Of a DNA stretch of 32,000 bases, positions 1-9,619 are shown piece by piece. The notes under the pieces were generated by a model that worked only from the letters and a program-made list of their open reading frames with translations, was not told the origin of the DNA and made no database searches. Positions within the stretch are counted from its first letter, which is position 1, and each line of letters opens with the position of its first letter. Origin of the DNA: Acaryochloris marina MBIC11017 (GTDB lineage Bacteria > Cyanobacteriota > Cyanobacteriia > Thermosynechococcales > Thermosynechococcaceae); NCBI RefSeq assembly GCF_000018105.1, contig NC_009925.1, forward strand, positions 3,480,001-3,512,000, written 5' to 3'. The position numbers and the translations under genes were made by a program.

Positions 1-1
1 A

Positions 2-1210
2 GAGCTATTCGATACGGCTAGTAGTATGCCTGCTGCCAGTAGAGCCCCGGTGGCAGAGCGTAAACGGTCTCAATCTGCTCCCTTGTCTCTCAATCAGATT
101 CCTAAACCACGGGATATCAAGTCATATTTAGATGAACATGTCATCGGACAAGACGAAGCGAAAAAAGTCTTGTCCGTTGCCGTATATAACCATTACAAGC
201 GTTTGAGTATTAGCCAAGCTTCGGCAGATTCTGTTGCTGAGTTGGATGATGCCATCGAATTACAAAAATCCAACATTTTGCTGATCGGTCCTACAGGATG
301 TGGCAAAACGTTGCTGGCTCAGACATTGGCTCAAATGCTCGATGTTCCGTTTGCGGTGGCAGATGCCACAACCTTGACAGAGGCTGGCTATGTAGGGGAA
401 GACGTCGAAAATATTCTATTGCGACTCCTCCAGGTTGCCGATTTGGATGTAGAGGAAGCCCAAAGAGGGATCATCTACATCGATGAAATTGATAAGGTGG
501 CTCGTAAGAGTGAGAATCCTTCGATTACGCGAGATGTGTCTGGCGAAGGGGTGCAGCAGGCTCTGTTAAAAATGCTGGAAGGGACAGTGGCTAATGTTCC
601 TCCCCAAGGTGGGCGCAAGCACCCTTACCAAGACTGTATTCAAATCGATACCACTAACATTCTATTTATCTGTGGTGGGGCGTTTGTCGGTCTCGATAAA
701 ATTATTGAGCAGCGGACGGGCAAAAAAGCCATGGGATTCATCCAAGATGGTGAACTCCGAGCAAAAGAGCAGCGCACTGCCGATATGCTGAGAGATTTGG
801 AAGCTGAAGATTTAGTCAAATTTGGGATGATTCCTGAATTTACTGGTCGGATTCCGGTGATGTCTGTGATTGATGCTCTGGATGAAGATGTACTCTGTCA
901 GATTCTGACGGAGCCACGCAATGCTTTGGTGAAGCAATATCAAAAGCTATTGCGGATGGATCGGGTAGAGCTGGAGTTTCAGCCTGATGCGATTCGCGCC
1001 ATTGCTCAGGAAGCCTATCGACGCAGGACGGGAGCCAGGGCTCTGCGGGCTATTGTCGAAGAGATTATGCTGGATGTGATGTATGAGCTACCGTCCCAAT
1101 CTCGTAAAGAGCTGACCCAATGCCTGATTACTCGCTCGATGGTGGAACAGCGGTCGACGGCTGAGTTGTTGGTGCATCCTTCCGCCATCTCGACCCCAGA
1201 ATCTGCATAA
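2..1210 (+). CDS. clpX: ATP-dependent Clp protease ATP-binding subunit ClpX, 5' end outside the window
   Basis: The reading frame is open from base 2, with no stop before the first ATG at 26, so the zinc-finger N-terminus lies upstream of the window. Walker A GPTGCGKT, Walker [10 protein letters not shown] and the PPQGGRKHP pore-loop block are present, and the resemblance to ClpX runs the full length. Confidence 0.93.
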   Translation, partial: ELFDTASSMPAASRAPVAERKRSQSAPLSLNQIPKPRDIKSYLDEHVIGQDEAKKVLSVAVYNHYKRLSISQASADSVAELDDAIELQKSNILLIGPTGCGKTLLAQTLAQMLDVPFAVADATTLTEAGYVGEDVENILLRLLQVADLDVEEAQRGIIYIDEIDKVARKSENPSITRDVSGEGVQQALLKMLEGTVANVPPQGGRKHPYQDCIQIDTTNILFICGGAFVGLDKIIEQRTGKKAMGFIQDGELRAKEQRTADMLRDLEAEDLVKFGMIPEFTGRIPVMSVIDALDEDVLCQILTEPRNALVKQYQKLLRMDRVELEFQPDAIRAIAQEAYRRRTGARALRAIVEEIMLDVMYELPSQSRKELTQCLITRSMVEQRSTAELLVHPSAISTPESA

Positions 1211-1234
1211 GTTCGTTTCGGTCACATTTATTTC

Positions 1235-2092
1235 ATGCCTCAGGCTCTCATTCGCGGTCATGATCACTACTATGAATGGGTGACGCAAGACCCTCGTCAG
1301 TTGAGATCTGGAAAGCCTGTGATGGTCTTTCTCCATGGTTGGGGAGGTTCGAGTCGCTATTGGCGACCTATCGCCCAAGCGCTGGCTGCCGATTTTGATT
1401 GTTTACTGTACGATCTCCGTGGGTTTGGGCAATCCCAAGATTCACTGCGGGCGTCTAGAGATGTCGAGACATATACGATTCAATCCTATGTGGAAGATTT
1501 AGAGGTTTTATTGGATGCTTTGGAGATTTCGCAAGTGTTTCTCCAAGCCCATTCCATGGGATCGACGATTGGTGCTTTGTTCCTCAATCAATATCCTCAG
1601 CGAGTTCAGCAAGCGATTCTTGCCTGTAGTGGGTTGTTTGAATATGATGAGGAAGAATTCCGTCAGTTTCATCAGGTGGGTGAGTGGGTGGTGCGATTAC
1701 GGCCTCGTTGGCTGGCCCAGGTGCCCCTCTTAGATCGGCTGTTTATGGCCCGCTTTCTCCATCGGCCCATTGCCGCTGACCAACGCCGAGGGTTTGTGTC
1801 GGACTATGTGGGGGCAGATGCAGTCGCTGCGTTGGGAACCTTATTGTCTGCTGTGAGTGAGTCGGTGGCAACGGCCATGTCTGCAGAATTTGCCCAGCTC
1901 CAAACGCCCACGTTAATTGTGTCGGGGGATAAGGATCAGATTGTTCCAGCGGACTCGGGGGAGGAAGCTGCTGCTTTGAATCCCAATATTGACTATGTGA
2001 GGATGGCCCAAACGGGGCATTTCCCCATGTTGGAAGATACCTCCACCTATCTACAGCATATTCACCACTTTTTAACGCCGGTGACCTGTTGA
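1235..2092 (+). CDS. alpha/beta-fold hydrolase
   Basis: HGWGGS oxyanion region, nucleophile elbow AHSMGS and C-terminal TGHFPMLE histidine block. Starts 24 nt after the clpX stop. Confidence 0.8.
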   Translation: MPQALIRGHDHYYEWVTQDPRQLRSGKPVMVFLHGWGGSSRYWRPIAQALAADFDCLLYDLRGFGQSQDSLRASRDVETYTIQSYVEDLEVLLDALEISQVFLQAHSMGSTIGALFLNQYPQRVQQAILACSGLFEYDEEEFRQFHQVGEWVVRLRPRWLAQVPLLDRLFMARFLHRPIAADQRRGFVSDYVGADAVAALGTLLSAVSESVATAMSAEFAQLQTPTLIVSGDKDQIVPADSGEEAAALNPNIDYVRMAQTGHFPMLEDTSTYLQHIHHFLTPVTC

Positions 2093-2093
2093 G

Positions 2094-3815
2094 ATGGTAG
2101 AGTGCGCCCCCGATCTTCAGATTCAGCCTCTGGGAACTGATTTGGTTCATCGAATTGCGGCAGGAGAGGTGATTGATTCCCTCGGGGCTGTCGTGCGGGA
2201 ACTCCTGGATAATGCCTTAGATGCTGGAGCGGATCGCATCAGTGTCTCCCTCTGGCCCCAAGATTGGCGAATTCAAGTCGTTGATAATGGCCAAGGTCTC
2301 ACTGCTGCCAATCTAGCTCAAGCGGCTACGCCCCATACCACCAGCAAACTACAGCGGGAAGAAGATTTATGGGATATCCAGACCCTGGGGTTTCGAGGCG
2401 AGGCCCTCCATAGTTTGGCTCAAATGGGACGATTAGAGATTTGCAGCCGACCTGTGGGATCGGCTCAGGGGTGCCGAGTTCGATACGATCACCAAGGCCA
2501 TGTGGTGGCCCAAGAGACGGTTGCGATCGCACCCGGTACCGTTGCCACCGTGGCAGATTTATTCCAAGACTGGCCGACCCGCAAACAGGCTCTCCCCGAT
2601 CCAGCACGGCAAATGCGAGGGGTGCAAACCATCATCCATGACTATGCCCTGTGCCACCCCCAGGTCACCTGGCAAGTACAGCAAAATAATCGCTTGTGGT
2701 TTAGTATTGCCCCAGCCAAAGCGGCTCAAGATATTCTTCCCCAGCTCTTGGCGACCCTGCAGCCTGGAGATTTATGCCATCATCGCTGTCAGATTCCCGA
2801 TCTACCAGGAAATAATGTAGTGGAAGTAGTGTTGGGCTTACCCGATCGCTGCCATCGCCATCGTCCTGACTGGGTAAAGGTAGCGGTCAATGGTCGCTGT
2901 GTTCAAGTCAGCGGTGAAGATGCAGGCCAGTCTCACCCCTTGGAGCAAACCATCCTAGGGGCGTTTCGACAAACCCTACCCCGCCATCGTCATCCTCTAT
3001 GCTTTATTCATCTCCATGCTGACCCTCAGCATGTAGACTGGCACCGGCACCCTGCTAAAACCGAGATTTATCTGCGGCATTTGGACCAGTGGCGACCTGC
3101 CGTAACCACGACGATTCAGGAAGCGCTGCAAATTCCTGCTGAAATTCAGGACTCAGGTCATACTCAGAAAATTCGCCAATTGATGAAAGTGGCGGAGGCT
3201 AAAGGGGTTTATCACTTACAGCAGCCATCCCTGTTATCTTCCCAGCCTGAGCAAGCAGCGGGGGAGTCCGGCTTTAATGTCCTGAAGGCCATTGCCCAGT
3301 TGCACCGGACCTATATTGTGGCAGAGCATCCTTCGGGAGTCTGGCTGGTGGAGCAGCATATTGCCCATGAGCGGGTTCTCTACGAGCAGTTGGGGCAAGA
3401 CTGGCATTTAGTGCCCTTAACCCCACCGATGATGCTACGAGATTTAACCGAGAGACAGGTGGAGCAGCTCACGGATATTGGTATTGATATTACGGAATTT
3501 GGCCATCAGCTGTGGGCCATTCGCTCGGCCCCACAACGGCTAGCGGAACGCCCGGATTGCGAAGCGGCCCTGATTGAACTCAGTCAATGTGAGAGTATTG
3601 AAGCAGCCTTAGCCGCCACTGCTTGCCGGAGTGCCATTCGCAATGGCATGGCCCTCAACCTGTTGGAGATGCAAAACTTGTTGGATCAATGGCAGCAAAC
3701 CCGTCATCCGCGCACCTGCCCCCATGGACGACCGATTTATTTATCAATGGAAGAAGCAGACTTATCTCGGTTTTTCCGTCGGCATTGGGTGATTGGTAAA
3801 AGTCATGGAATCTAA
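2094..3815 (+). CDS. mutL: DNA mismatch repair protein MutL (endonuclease-type, MutH-independent)
   Basis: GHKL ATPase N-terminus (RELLDNALDAGA), C-terminal endonuclease-like block EQHIAHERVLYEQL, and CPHGRP motif. The ATG lies 1 nt after the hydrolase stop (TGAgATG). Confidence 0.92.
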   Translation: MVECAPDLQIQPLGTDLVHRIAAGEVIDSLGAVVRELLDNALDAGADRISVSLWPQDWRIQVVDNGQGLTAANLAQAATPHTTSKLQREEDLWDIQTLGFRGEALHSLAQMGRLEICSRPVGSAQGCRVRYDHQGHVVAQETVAIAPGTVATVADLFQDWPTRKQALPDPARQMRGVQTIIHDYALCHPQVTWQVQQNNRLWFSIAPAKAAQDILPQLLATLQPGDLCHHRCQIPDLPGNNVVEVVLGLPDRCHRHRPDWVKVAVNGRCVQVSGEDAGQSHPLEQTILGAFRQTLPRHRHPLCFIHLHADPQHVDWHRHPAKTEIYLRHLDQWRPAVTTTIQEALQIPAEIQDSGHTQKIRQLMKVAEAKGVYHLQQPSLLSSQPEQAAGESGFNVLKAIAQLHRTYIVAEHPSGVWLVEQHIAHERVLYEQLGQDWHLVPLTPPMMLRDLTERQVEQLTDIGIDITEFGHQLWAIRSAPQRLAERPDCEAALIELSQCESIEAALAATACRSAIRNGMALNLLEMQNLLDQWQQTRHPRTCPHGRPIYLSMEEADLSRFFRRHWVIGKSHGI

Positions 3816-3821
3816 ATATCA

Positions 3822-5201
3822 ATGGTGCAACTCAGTAAACAAGGATTGATTCTAGGATTAGGTCCGTTAGCCTTTGCCATCGCCTTTGGGGTGACCTACT
3901 TCTCCGACCGTGATGCCCGGCGAGCTTCCGTGACAGGTTTGGCAGCCCTCTCTGCGACCTATGCCACAGGGTTAATTGCGACTGAGGATCGTCGCCGCCC
4001 TGCCACCCTGGCAAATGCTGGCACGCTGCAGATGCAGATTCCTCCTAAGACGAATCCATCCCCTGTATCCGCGACGCCTGCGCCTAAATCAGCTCCAGGC
4101 GAGGTTGCTGTTTTTTGGGATTATGAAAATGTCAAAATTGCGGCCCAAGGTATCCAGGCCCCCCTGGCTGAATCTTTGGTGGAGTATTCCCAATCCCAAG
4201 GTCATACGCGCCTGAAAATCGTCTACTCCAATTGGCGACGAGAAAAAGAATCTTTAGTGCAGGCCCTATATAGTTTAGGGTTTGAGCCTATTCATGTTTC
4301 CACGGGTAAAGAAAATGCGGTTGATGTTAAGTTGACCGTTGACTGTTTAAATACAGCGTATCAATATCCTGATGTCGGCCACTTTATTATTGTCACGGGC
4401 GATCGGGATTTTGTGCCCCTGGTGAATGCCTTAAAAACTCTGGAAAAGCAGGTGACCTTAATTGGCCGGGCTGAAGTGGCCAGCAATCAGCTATTACTGA
4501 GTGCGGATGAATTTATTGACTTAGAAAAGCTAGATACTGAGAAGTTAGATACCGAAGACACCGAAGAGGCTGCCCCCACCCAACGGCTCACCCAAACCAT
4601 TAGCTATGAAGATGCGGTTGCCTGCTTACTAGCGGCTATTAACCTAGCACGGGATCAAGGCAAAAGCACCCGTTTTGGTGCGGTTGATCGCCTGATGCGG
4701 GCCAATGTCAAATATACCTATGCGGGGGTGGCTTCGATTACACGGCCAGATGCTGCTTCTTTTACGAACTTCAGTGCTTTTGTTGATGCAGCTGCTCAGG
4801 CTGGACAAGTTCAAATTAAAACCCTATCTGGATTTAAAGAACTGTTTTTGCCAGATGAAGATCCAGAAGCCGAGTCAGAATTTAGCTCTCAAGATTCGGG
4901 TCCCCTCACCCGAGAACAGTGGAAAATTATTCTGGATCAGGTACACAGTGCTTTTAAAGAAACGGATCCAGAGCATAATTCCTATGGTCGGTTTATGTCT
5001 TTGTTCTTTTATGTCCGGTTGGCGAAGAAAGATGGTCGTTTGCCCCACAGCAATGAGCGTCTGAAGCAATCCCTGAGCCGCTTGGTTGATCAAGGGATTC
5101 TAATGGAACAGGCTAATCGCAGTTTTCGGGTGGCGGAAAATTGGGAGAACAAAGCTGAGATTTGGCTCGACCAATTGATGCAACCGGAAGAGACCTCCTA
5201 A
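3822..5201 (+). CDS. membrane-anchored NYN (LabA-like PIN-fold) protein with C-terminal OST-HTH/LOTUS-like region(s)
   Basis: N-terminal hydrophobic segments (GLILGLGPLAFAIAFGVTYF). NYN core VAVFWDYENV ... IIVTGDRDFVPLVNALK. A helical segment follows (ISYEDAVACLLAAINLARDQG ... FSAFVDAAAQAG) that looks like the OST-HTH domains usually fused to NYN. Starts 6 nt after the mutL stop. Confidence 0.75.
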   Translation: MVQLSKQGLILGLGPLAFAIAFGVTYFSDRDARRASVTGLAALSATYATGLIATEDRRRPATLANAGTLQMQIPPKTNPSPVSATPAPKSAPGEVAVFWDYENVKIAAQGIQAPLAESLVEYSQSQGHTRLKIVYSNWRREKESLVQALYSLGFEPIHVSTGKENAVDVKLTVDCLNTAYQYPDVGHFIIVTGDRDFVPLVNALKTLEKQVTLIGRAEVASNQLLLSADEFIDLEKLDTEKLDTEDTEEAAPTQRLTQTISYEDAVACLLAAINLARDQGKSTRFGAVDRLMRANVKYTYAGVASITRPDAASFTNFSAFVDAAAQAGQVQIKTLSGFKELFLPDEDPEAESEFSSQDSGPLTREQWKIILDQVHSAFKETDPEHNSYGRFMSLFFYVRLAKKDGRLPHSNERLKQSLSRLVDQGILMEQANRSFRVAENWENKAEIWLDQLMQPEETS

Positions 5202-5229
5202 AAAATGGGGCTTGGATCGGTTTGAGGGA

Positions 5230-8200
5230 TTAAGCATAGGTCAGAGAACAGGGTAAGGCAATCCCATATCCCTGGACATAGTCTATTCCCATACTCTGGA
5301 GCTGCTTCCGGGTAGAGAGATCGCCGACGGACTCGGCAATGGTTTGTAAACCCATTACATGGCCAATGTGGTTGATCGATTCCACAATCGCTTGAGTGGC
5401 TGGGTCGTTGGCCATATCCTCAATAAAGTGACCGTCGATTTTCAAATAATCGACGGGTAAGGTCTTCAAATAGGCAAAAGACGATAACCCACTGCCGAAA
5501 TCATCCAGGGCAAATTTGCAGCCTAATTGCTTGAGTTCATTAATAAACGTGATGGCCTGATTGAGATTAGAAATCGCTGCCGTTTCCGTAATCTCGAAAC
5601 AAATCTGGGGAGCAGCATGGGGATAACGCTGGAACTGCTCTTGTAGGAACTGCAAAAACTGCTCATCGCCAATACTGGCCCCGGAGAGGTTGATCATATA
5701 GGGGAAAGGCTGATCTCCCCCAGTTTTCGGCATTTGGGGAGGGTTAAAGTGATCCACTAAAAACTGACTGATCACCCAACGATCAATTTCTGGCATCAGA
5801 TTGTAGCGCTCAGCTGCAGGAATAAAGGTGGCGGCACTGACCACCTGATCTTGCTCATCCACCATGCGGAGAAGCACCTCACAGCATTGGTGGATCTCCG
5901 ACTGTTCTGGGTCGGCGGGGACAATGGCTTGCCCATAGAGGCGAAACCGATTTTCTTCTAATGCCTGCTTAATGCGACGGCTCCAGCGCTGGGTTCCCCG
6001 CTGTTGGACCAATTCTAGATCATCGAGCTGATAGACATGGATGCGATTGCGGCCGCGAGCTTTAGCAGCATAACAAGCGGCATCGGCTGCACTAATCAGG
6101 CTAGACAGATTGTGGCTATCGTAATTAATGGCCACTAGGCCAATGCTGAGACCAATGCTAAAGGCCTGTTGATTCCAATTAAATCGGAAGGTTTGTAAGC
6201 GCTGCCGGAGTTGTTCGGCAATGACTTGGGCTCGCTCTATGGAACATTGGTGCAGGAGTAACCCAAATTCATCTCCTCCTAAGCGAGCGATAATATCGGT
6301 GCTTCGAATGGTGTGTTTGAAGAGTTCTGCTACCTGCTGGAGCAGTTCATCCCCGGCGGCATGACCACAGGTATCATTGACAATCTTGAACTGGTCGAGA
6401 TCGAGATAGCACAGAACATGCTGGAGCTGATCTCGATGGGCAGACTGTAAGGCTTTCTGGAGCAGCTGCTCAAATTGATAGCGATTGACTAAGCCGGTGA
6501 GAGAGTCATGGCTGGCGTGCCAGGTCATTTGTTGGGAGAGTTGACGAGATTGGCTGACATCTCGAAAGACCACAACGATACCGAGGATCGTGGTGTTGCG
6601 ATCGCGAATCGGTGCTGCTGAATGATCAATGGCATATTCTTGGCCATCCTGGGCAATTAAGAGGGCTTGATGTTCGGAGATGGCAATCTCGCCGGTCATT
6701 AAAACGGAATCAATCAGCTGAATATCTGGACGGCGCGTTGTTTCATCCACCACCTGAAACACTTCATGAATGGGATGTCCTTGGGCTTCAAAACAGGACC
6801 ATCCTGTCAGCTGTTCAGCCACTGCGTTGAGATGCCGAATTTGGCCTTGGGCATCCGTCGTAATCACCGCATCACCAATGGATTGCAGGGTGACCTGGGC
6901 CAGTTCTTTTTCTTGGAACAGTTCTTGTTCCATATACTTGCGATCTGTGATGTTATGGGCCACCCAAATAGCAGATGTTGGCGATAGGGGCGTAATACTG
7001 GCGACATACCAAGCTGGTATCGATGTCGAAGGCAATTGATACTCAAAGGTAACGGTTTCTTGGCTGTTGATCGCTTGCTGGATATGCTCGTGAAAGGCTT
7101 GAGCTTGCTCATTTTCGAGGAGCAATACTTCAGCTGTTTGATTGATTGTCTCCACCATATCGGGTGAAACGATAGAAGGCGGAATGGCATTGATTTGTTG
7201 AGTTTCGGTATCGAAAACAAAGACAATATCCGTCATACCATTAAATACCGCTCGAATTTGGGCTTCGCTGGAGCGAACCTTATCTTCTAAAGTCTTGCGG
7301 TCGGTGATGTCTACACAGGAGCCGATATAGCCGATAAACTCTCCATTGGGTAAAAAGCGGGGGGTACCCATATCAATGAGCCATCGATAGGCACCATCAT
7401 GGCGTCGGAGACGATATTCCATACAAAAGGGTTCACGGGCATCAAAGGCAGTCTTACAAATGTCTAGAGAGGTTTGACGATCCTCAGGATGTATTCCTTC
7501 AGCCCAACCCTTGCCCAGCTCGTGGGCCATAGTCTGTCCCGTAAATTCCAGCCATTGTTGATTAAAAAATGTGCATTGTTTATCCACCCCTGACATCCAT
7601 AGCAGTACGGGGGCACAATCTGCCATTTGCTGAAACCGTTGCTCACTCTCTCGCAAGGCAGTGTCGGCTTGCACCTGATCGCTAATGTCTCGTTGAACCA
7701 TCAAGATATAGGGCTCTTGACTGGCTGGATCTGTCACCACGTTGCAGGAGCAATCGATAACTAAAGGGGTCCCGTTTTTGTGGATGAATTCCAGGGTTTG
7801 GTGATAGCTCCCCTGGTCCACTAACTGGGCTACATAAGTCTCACAGGCGGCTTGACTGGCTTCACTCAAGTAGGTCTTGAGCACACTACCCAAGAGTTCT
7901 GAGGCTTTATATCCAGATTGTTGAATTGCTGCCTGATTCACTCGGCGAATCACACCCTGGAAATCAACGACAAATAACGCATCGGGAGCAGCATTAAACA
8001 ACATGCGAAAGCGTTTCTCACTCGCTCGAAAGGCGGATATTCCCAAGGAAACTCGGGTTTCTAGCTCTCGATTGAGTTTTTGACGTTCTAACTCTGCCTG
8101 TTTGCGATCGCTAATATCTTGCACCATCACAATAAAGTAATCGGGCGCCCCGGTTGAGGTTGTAGCTAGGGAGATGGTCAAATCTAACCAGGCTGAATGG

Positions 8201-9456
8201 CCCTGAGGATGACGATAGTGATGCTCTATCTGAATCGAATCTTGGGTTTGAGCGTGCAGCGTCTCTTGCCAGTTCCCTCCGACCTGGGGCATCTGCAGGA
8301 CATCATTCATGGGGGTGTGGGTGACTTGGGCGGGCGTTCTCTGTAATAGGTCACAAAACCGTTGATTGGCCAGCATGACTTGCCCCTGCAGATCGACATG
8401 GGCAATGCCGATCACGGCTTGTTCAAACATGACGCGAAAGCGCTCTTGGCAGAAATATAAGGTGGCTGCATCCGCCTCGACTTTTTTCTCGAGATTGAGG
8501 TTTTGATGCTGGAGAGATAAGATGCGGTCGTCGCGTATCTGTTCGACCTGATGATGCAGAACCTCGGCGGTATGATGGGCTTCCGGCACATTGAGAGCAT
8601 CCAGAATACTCGCTTGGGTCAAAATACCGGCTAAATCACCCTGCTGCCCCATGACCACGAGGCGGCGAACCTGCATGTCTTGCATGGTTTGATGGGCATC
8701 CCAAAGTTTGTCATCTAGGTTGAGACAGACCAACGGCTGACTCATCACGGTTTCAGCCAAAGTGGTTTGGAGATCGAGACTAAGCGCCTGAAATTTGACG
8801 ATATCTCGCTCGGTGATGATGCCTAGAGGTTGAACCCCACTGGTTTGAGACTGCTGCTGGGCAATCACTACACAACTCATCTGGTGCATGGCCATCCGCT
8901 GGGCCAATTGCTGAATGGTGTCTGAGGGAGGAGCCGTGACGACCGTTGGGGTCATAACTTCACTGACATGCCGCAACTTCAGCAACATGGTTGGTTCTAG
9001 AACTTTACGCAGGCTCTCAGTGGTAATGACACCGATCAGTCCACCCGTGTCGTTCAGAACCGGTAAATGGCGGATATGGTGTGTTTGGAGGAGGGTAAGC
9101 GGGGTGAGGATATCCTGCAGTTCAGTCTCTAGCAGGGTATAGAGTTCCGTACTCATGACCTCACTGGCGCTGACCTGACTAAAGTCTGTTGTGGTTGTAC
9201 TGAGCTTAACGATGTCTCGCTCTGTCAGAATGCCCACTAACTTCTGCTGGTGTTGGACAAGGACATAACTAGAGCGTTGGGGGCGAGCGGCGTTCGCTTT
9301 GCCTTCCCGCCCTAGGCTCATCAACAAGACCACCTCTTTTAAGCTGGCTTGGGGGGTGACAACTAGGGGATGACGCTCCAAACTGGCTTGTACAGCCGCA
9401 AGGTTTAACCATGGTTGTTTCACCTGGGTGCTTGGTTGGCTCGTCATAAATCGCAA
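5230..9456 (-). CDS. multidomain c-di-GMP signalling protein: 2 CBS pairs, about 5 PAS/PAC, GGDEF, EAL
   Basis: Four CBS repeats (GILTERDIVK appears twice). Repeated PAS/PAC modules are separated by DISDRK / DITDRK linkers. The GGDEF domain has an intact GGDEF motif with RSTD (RxxD I-site) 5 residues upstream. The EAL domain has EVLLR, DDFGSG, KIDGHF and QGY blocks. Confidence 0.9.
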   Translation of the reverse strand: MRFMTSQPSTQVKQPWLNLAAVQASLERHPLVVTPQASLKEVVLLMSLGREGKANAARPQRSSYVLVQHQQKLVGILTERDIVKLSTTTTDFSQVSASEVMSTELYTLLETELQDILTPLTLLQTHHIRHLPVLNDTGGLIGVITTESLRKVLEPTMLLKLRHVSEVMTPTVVTAPPSDTIQQLAQRMAMHQMSCVVIAQQQSQTSGVQPLGIITERDIVKFQALSLDLQTTLAETVMSQPLVCLNLDDKLWDAHQTMQDMQVRRLVVMGQQGDLAGILTQASILDALNVPEAHHTAEVLHHQVEQIRDDRILSLQHQNLNLEKKVEADAATLYFCQERFRVMFEQAVIGIAHVDLQGQVMLANQRFCDLLQRTPAQVTHTPMNDVLQMPQVGGNWQETLHAQTQDSIQIEHHYRHPQGHSAWLDLTISLATTSTGAPDYFIVMVQDISDRKQAELERQKLNRELETRVSLGISAFRASEKRFRMLFNAAPDALFVVDFQGVIRRVNQAAIQQSGYKASELLGSVLKTYLSEASQAACETYVAQLVDQGSYHQTLEFIHKNGTPLVIDCSCNVVTDPASQEPYILMVQRDISDQVQADTALRESEQRFQQMADCAPVLLWMSGVDKQCTFFNQQWLEFTGQTMAHELGKGWAEGIHPEDRQTSLDICKTAFDAREPFCMEYRLRRHDGAYRWLIDMGTPRFLPNGEFIGYIGSCVDITDRKTLEDKVRSSEAQIRAVFNGMTDIVFVFDTETQQINAIPPSIVSPDMVETINQTAEVLLLENEQAQAFHEHIQQAINSQETVTFEYQLPSTSIPAWYVASITPLSPTSAIWVAHNITDRKYMEQELFQEKELAQVTLQSIGDAVITTDAQGQIRHLNAVAEQLTGWSCFEAQGHPIHEVFQVVDETTRRPDIQLIDSVLMTGEIAISEHQALLIAQDGQEYAIDHSAAPIRDRNTTILGIVVVFRDVSQSRQLSQQMTWHASHDSLTGLVNRYQFEQLLQKALQSAHRDQLQHVLCYLDLDQFKIVNDTCGHAAGDELLQQVAELFKHTIRSTDIIARLGGDEFGLLLHQCSIERAQVIAEQLRQRLQTFRFNWNQQAFSIGLSIGLVAINYDSHNLSSLISAADAACYAAKARGRNRIHVYQLDDLELVQQRGTQRWSRRIKQALEENRFRLYGQAIVPADPEQSEIHQCCEVLLRMVDEQDQVVSAATFIPAAERYNLMPEIDRWVISQFLVDHFNPPQMPKTGGDQPFPYMINLSGASIGDEQFLQFLQEQFQRYPHAAPQICFEITETAAISNLNQAITFINELKQLGCKFALDDFGSGLSSFAYLKTLPVDYLKIDGHFIEDMANDPATQAIVESINHIGHVMGLQTIAESVGDLSTRKQLQSMGIDYVQGYGIALPCSLTYA

Positions 9457-9619
9457 TCCTCAGCAGGAGCAGTCAAGTCTGGGAATTAGGTTAGACGCTT
9501 AATTTTCACACAAAATACCCAGAAAATGCCCTTTTAGATTGCCCTAAATCCTTGCGAGGCCTAACATCCGATTACAAAACATAAAGGCTTTCTGTTTGAG
9601 TGGTTAAAAGGCTACAGTC

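Noticed and set aside
1346-1355. GGTTCGAGTC, which resembles a tRNA T-arm.
   Set aside because: It lies inside the hydrolase CDS (encoding GGSSRY). No acceptor, D or anticodon stems can be built around it.
1743-2150. 135-aa ORF antisense to the hydrolase gene. Similar long alternative-frame or antisense ORFs in the track are 4705..5064, 6864..7226, 21777..22175, 23301..23732, 2500..2820 and 31265..31513.
   Set aside because: Each lies wholly inside or opposite a CDS with strong family-level similarity. They have Pro/Arg/Trp/Cys-skewed composition and no recognisable motifs, so they are shadow ORFs.
4524-4568. Imperfect 15-nt tandem repeat (GAAAAGCTAGATACT / GAGAAGTTAGATACC) followed by GAAGACACC GAAGAG.
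   Set aside because: It is in-frame coding for an acidic EKLDT-EKLDT-EDT-EE linker in the NYN protein. This is an ordinary low-complexity linker, not a regulatory repeat.
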